From Octopus sinensis (Eukaryota), in contig NC_043006.1 in NCBI RefSeq assembly GCF_006345805.1, forward strand, positions 28,024,001 to 28,088,000: DNA of 64,000 bases, in the 5' to 3' direction. Below the pieces are notes generated by a model, which did no database searches, was not told the origin of the DNA, and saw nothing but the letters and a program-made list of their open reading frames with translations. Shown here piece after piece: positions 62,769-64,000 of the stretch (position 1 is its first letter; each line of letters opens with the position of its first letter). A program made the translations under genes and the position numbers.

Positions 62769-63199
62769 CTGTACAAAAAAGTTAAAGACAAACAACTGGG
62801 TAGGGTCCTATTTCACAGGAAAGGTCAACAACACAGATATAATTAATTTATATGATGAAGATATTAAGAGTAAAATGAACAAGAACAGAATATGCTAGAG
62901 TGTGTGTGTGTGTGTATATAAATGTATGTATTTCGGGTTACACTAAGAACTGGTGAATGGTACAAGTCAAATATAACAAACTACTCCAAATCATTGTTAG
63001 AGTATCCACATAAGTGGAATCAAGACTAGCATTGAGTCATCTAAGTTACAATAATGAAGTGAAACCAAATAGTGATATTTAGAAATCACTTAATATGTAT
63101 GTTTCAGGTTTGTGTAACATATAATTGGAAATGCATCCATTATGTAAACTTTCCACAGTAAAAACAAGGTTTGCATAATGGATGCATTTCCTTATTATA

Positions 63200-63899
63200 C
63201 AGGGTGTCCATAAAGTCTCTTTACAATCTTAAAATTTTATTACAAAGGCAGTTGACAAGATATCATAAACAGATTTGTTTTATTGTAATAATTGTTTATT
63301 AAAGTTTTTTTAACTGTTATTTAATAGACCTCAATATGGGCACCATTAGTTGCACGAAGCACATCAAGATGGTACTCGATTTCTTGCCATGTTCGCTGTA
63401 GGATAGCCTCATCAACGGTGGCAATGGCATTACGAATCCTTTGCTTCAAGTCAGCAATGTCCTGTATCTTTGTTTGATACACGATATCTTTTACATGACC
63501 CCAAAAAACGAAGTCCAAGGGAGTGATATCTGGCGAATGCATTGGCCCATCCCTTCCAATCCATCGGTCTGGAAATGTTTGATTGAGGAACTGAGGAACA
63601 TGCCGTCCCCAATGTGGTGGTGCACCATCTTGCTGGAAAATGATGGTTGGTTGTAAATCAATCAGTTGTGGTGCCACATATTTGGTCAGAAGGTCAAGGT
63701 AAACATCTGCAGTAATTGTTGCCTCGTTGAAGAAAAATGAACTAATTAATCGATTGCACATGATTCCACATCACACATTCAATATCAATAATATCTTTAA
63801 TAAACAATTATTAAAATAAAACAAATCTGGTTAAAATATCTCATCAACTGCCTTTGTAATAATTTTTTTGAATTGTAAAGAGACTTTATGGACACCCTG
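63200..63899 (-). mobile_element. Internally deleted Tc1/mariner (maT/rosa-like) element with intact TIRs and TA TSD
   Basis: Perfect 28-bp TIR CAGGGTGTCCATAAAGTCTCTTTACAAT within ~110-bp imperfect TIRs; C-terminal transposase FQQDGAPPH...DRWIGR...SPDITPLDFVFWGHVK. Confidence 0.92.
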
Positions 63900-64000
63900 T
63901 ATATTATGCAAACCTGAAATGTACGTATTAACAGATTTCAAAATATTATTCGGTTTGATTTCAGTATTACAACTTAAAGTGTGTGTGTGTGTGTGTGTGT

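Overview
AT-rich, repeat-dense animal genomic DNA. The SINE, RTE-tail and Helitron families look like those of Octopus (coleoid cephalopod); this is inferred from recalled repeat families, not from a search. Three intron-containing housekeeping genes were reconstructed by hand with canonical GT-AG junctions and consistent phases. (1) PARL mitochondrial rhomboid protease (+, 8 exons, 4248-18869; first coding exon not found, probably upstream of the window). (2) BLOC1S6/pallidin (+, 6 coding exons, 35466-56586, 209 aa). (3) The last three exons of TRAPPC5 (-, 62768 to 58917), convergent with BLOC1S6. Introns and intergenic DNA hold decayed mobile elements: a Rep-helicase Helitron with a ~500-bp tandem array plus non-autonomous Helitrons in the last BLOC1S6 intron, a Chapaev3-like transposon nested in an RTE LINE, a Tx1-like LINE between microsatellites, a Penelope-like element with an inversion, Tc1/mariner/Tigger derivatives, an LTR remnant, MITEs and many SINEs. 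The most unusual signals are a perfect spacer-less ~558-bp palindrome in BLOC1S6 intron DNA (with a degenerate hammerhead-like fold) and several similar foldbacks abutting (TA)n runs. Also notable are a twin-priming-like Penelope inversion and a CpG-rich zone (~23.6-30.2 kb) between CpG-depleted gene bodies. Most short ORFs in the supplied track are microsatellite or repeat artefacts. No clearly novel protein-coding system was found.
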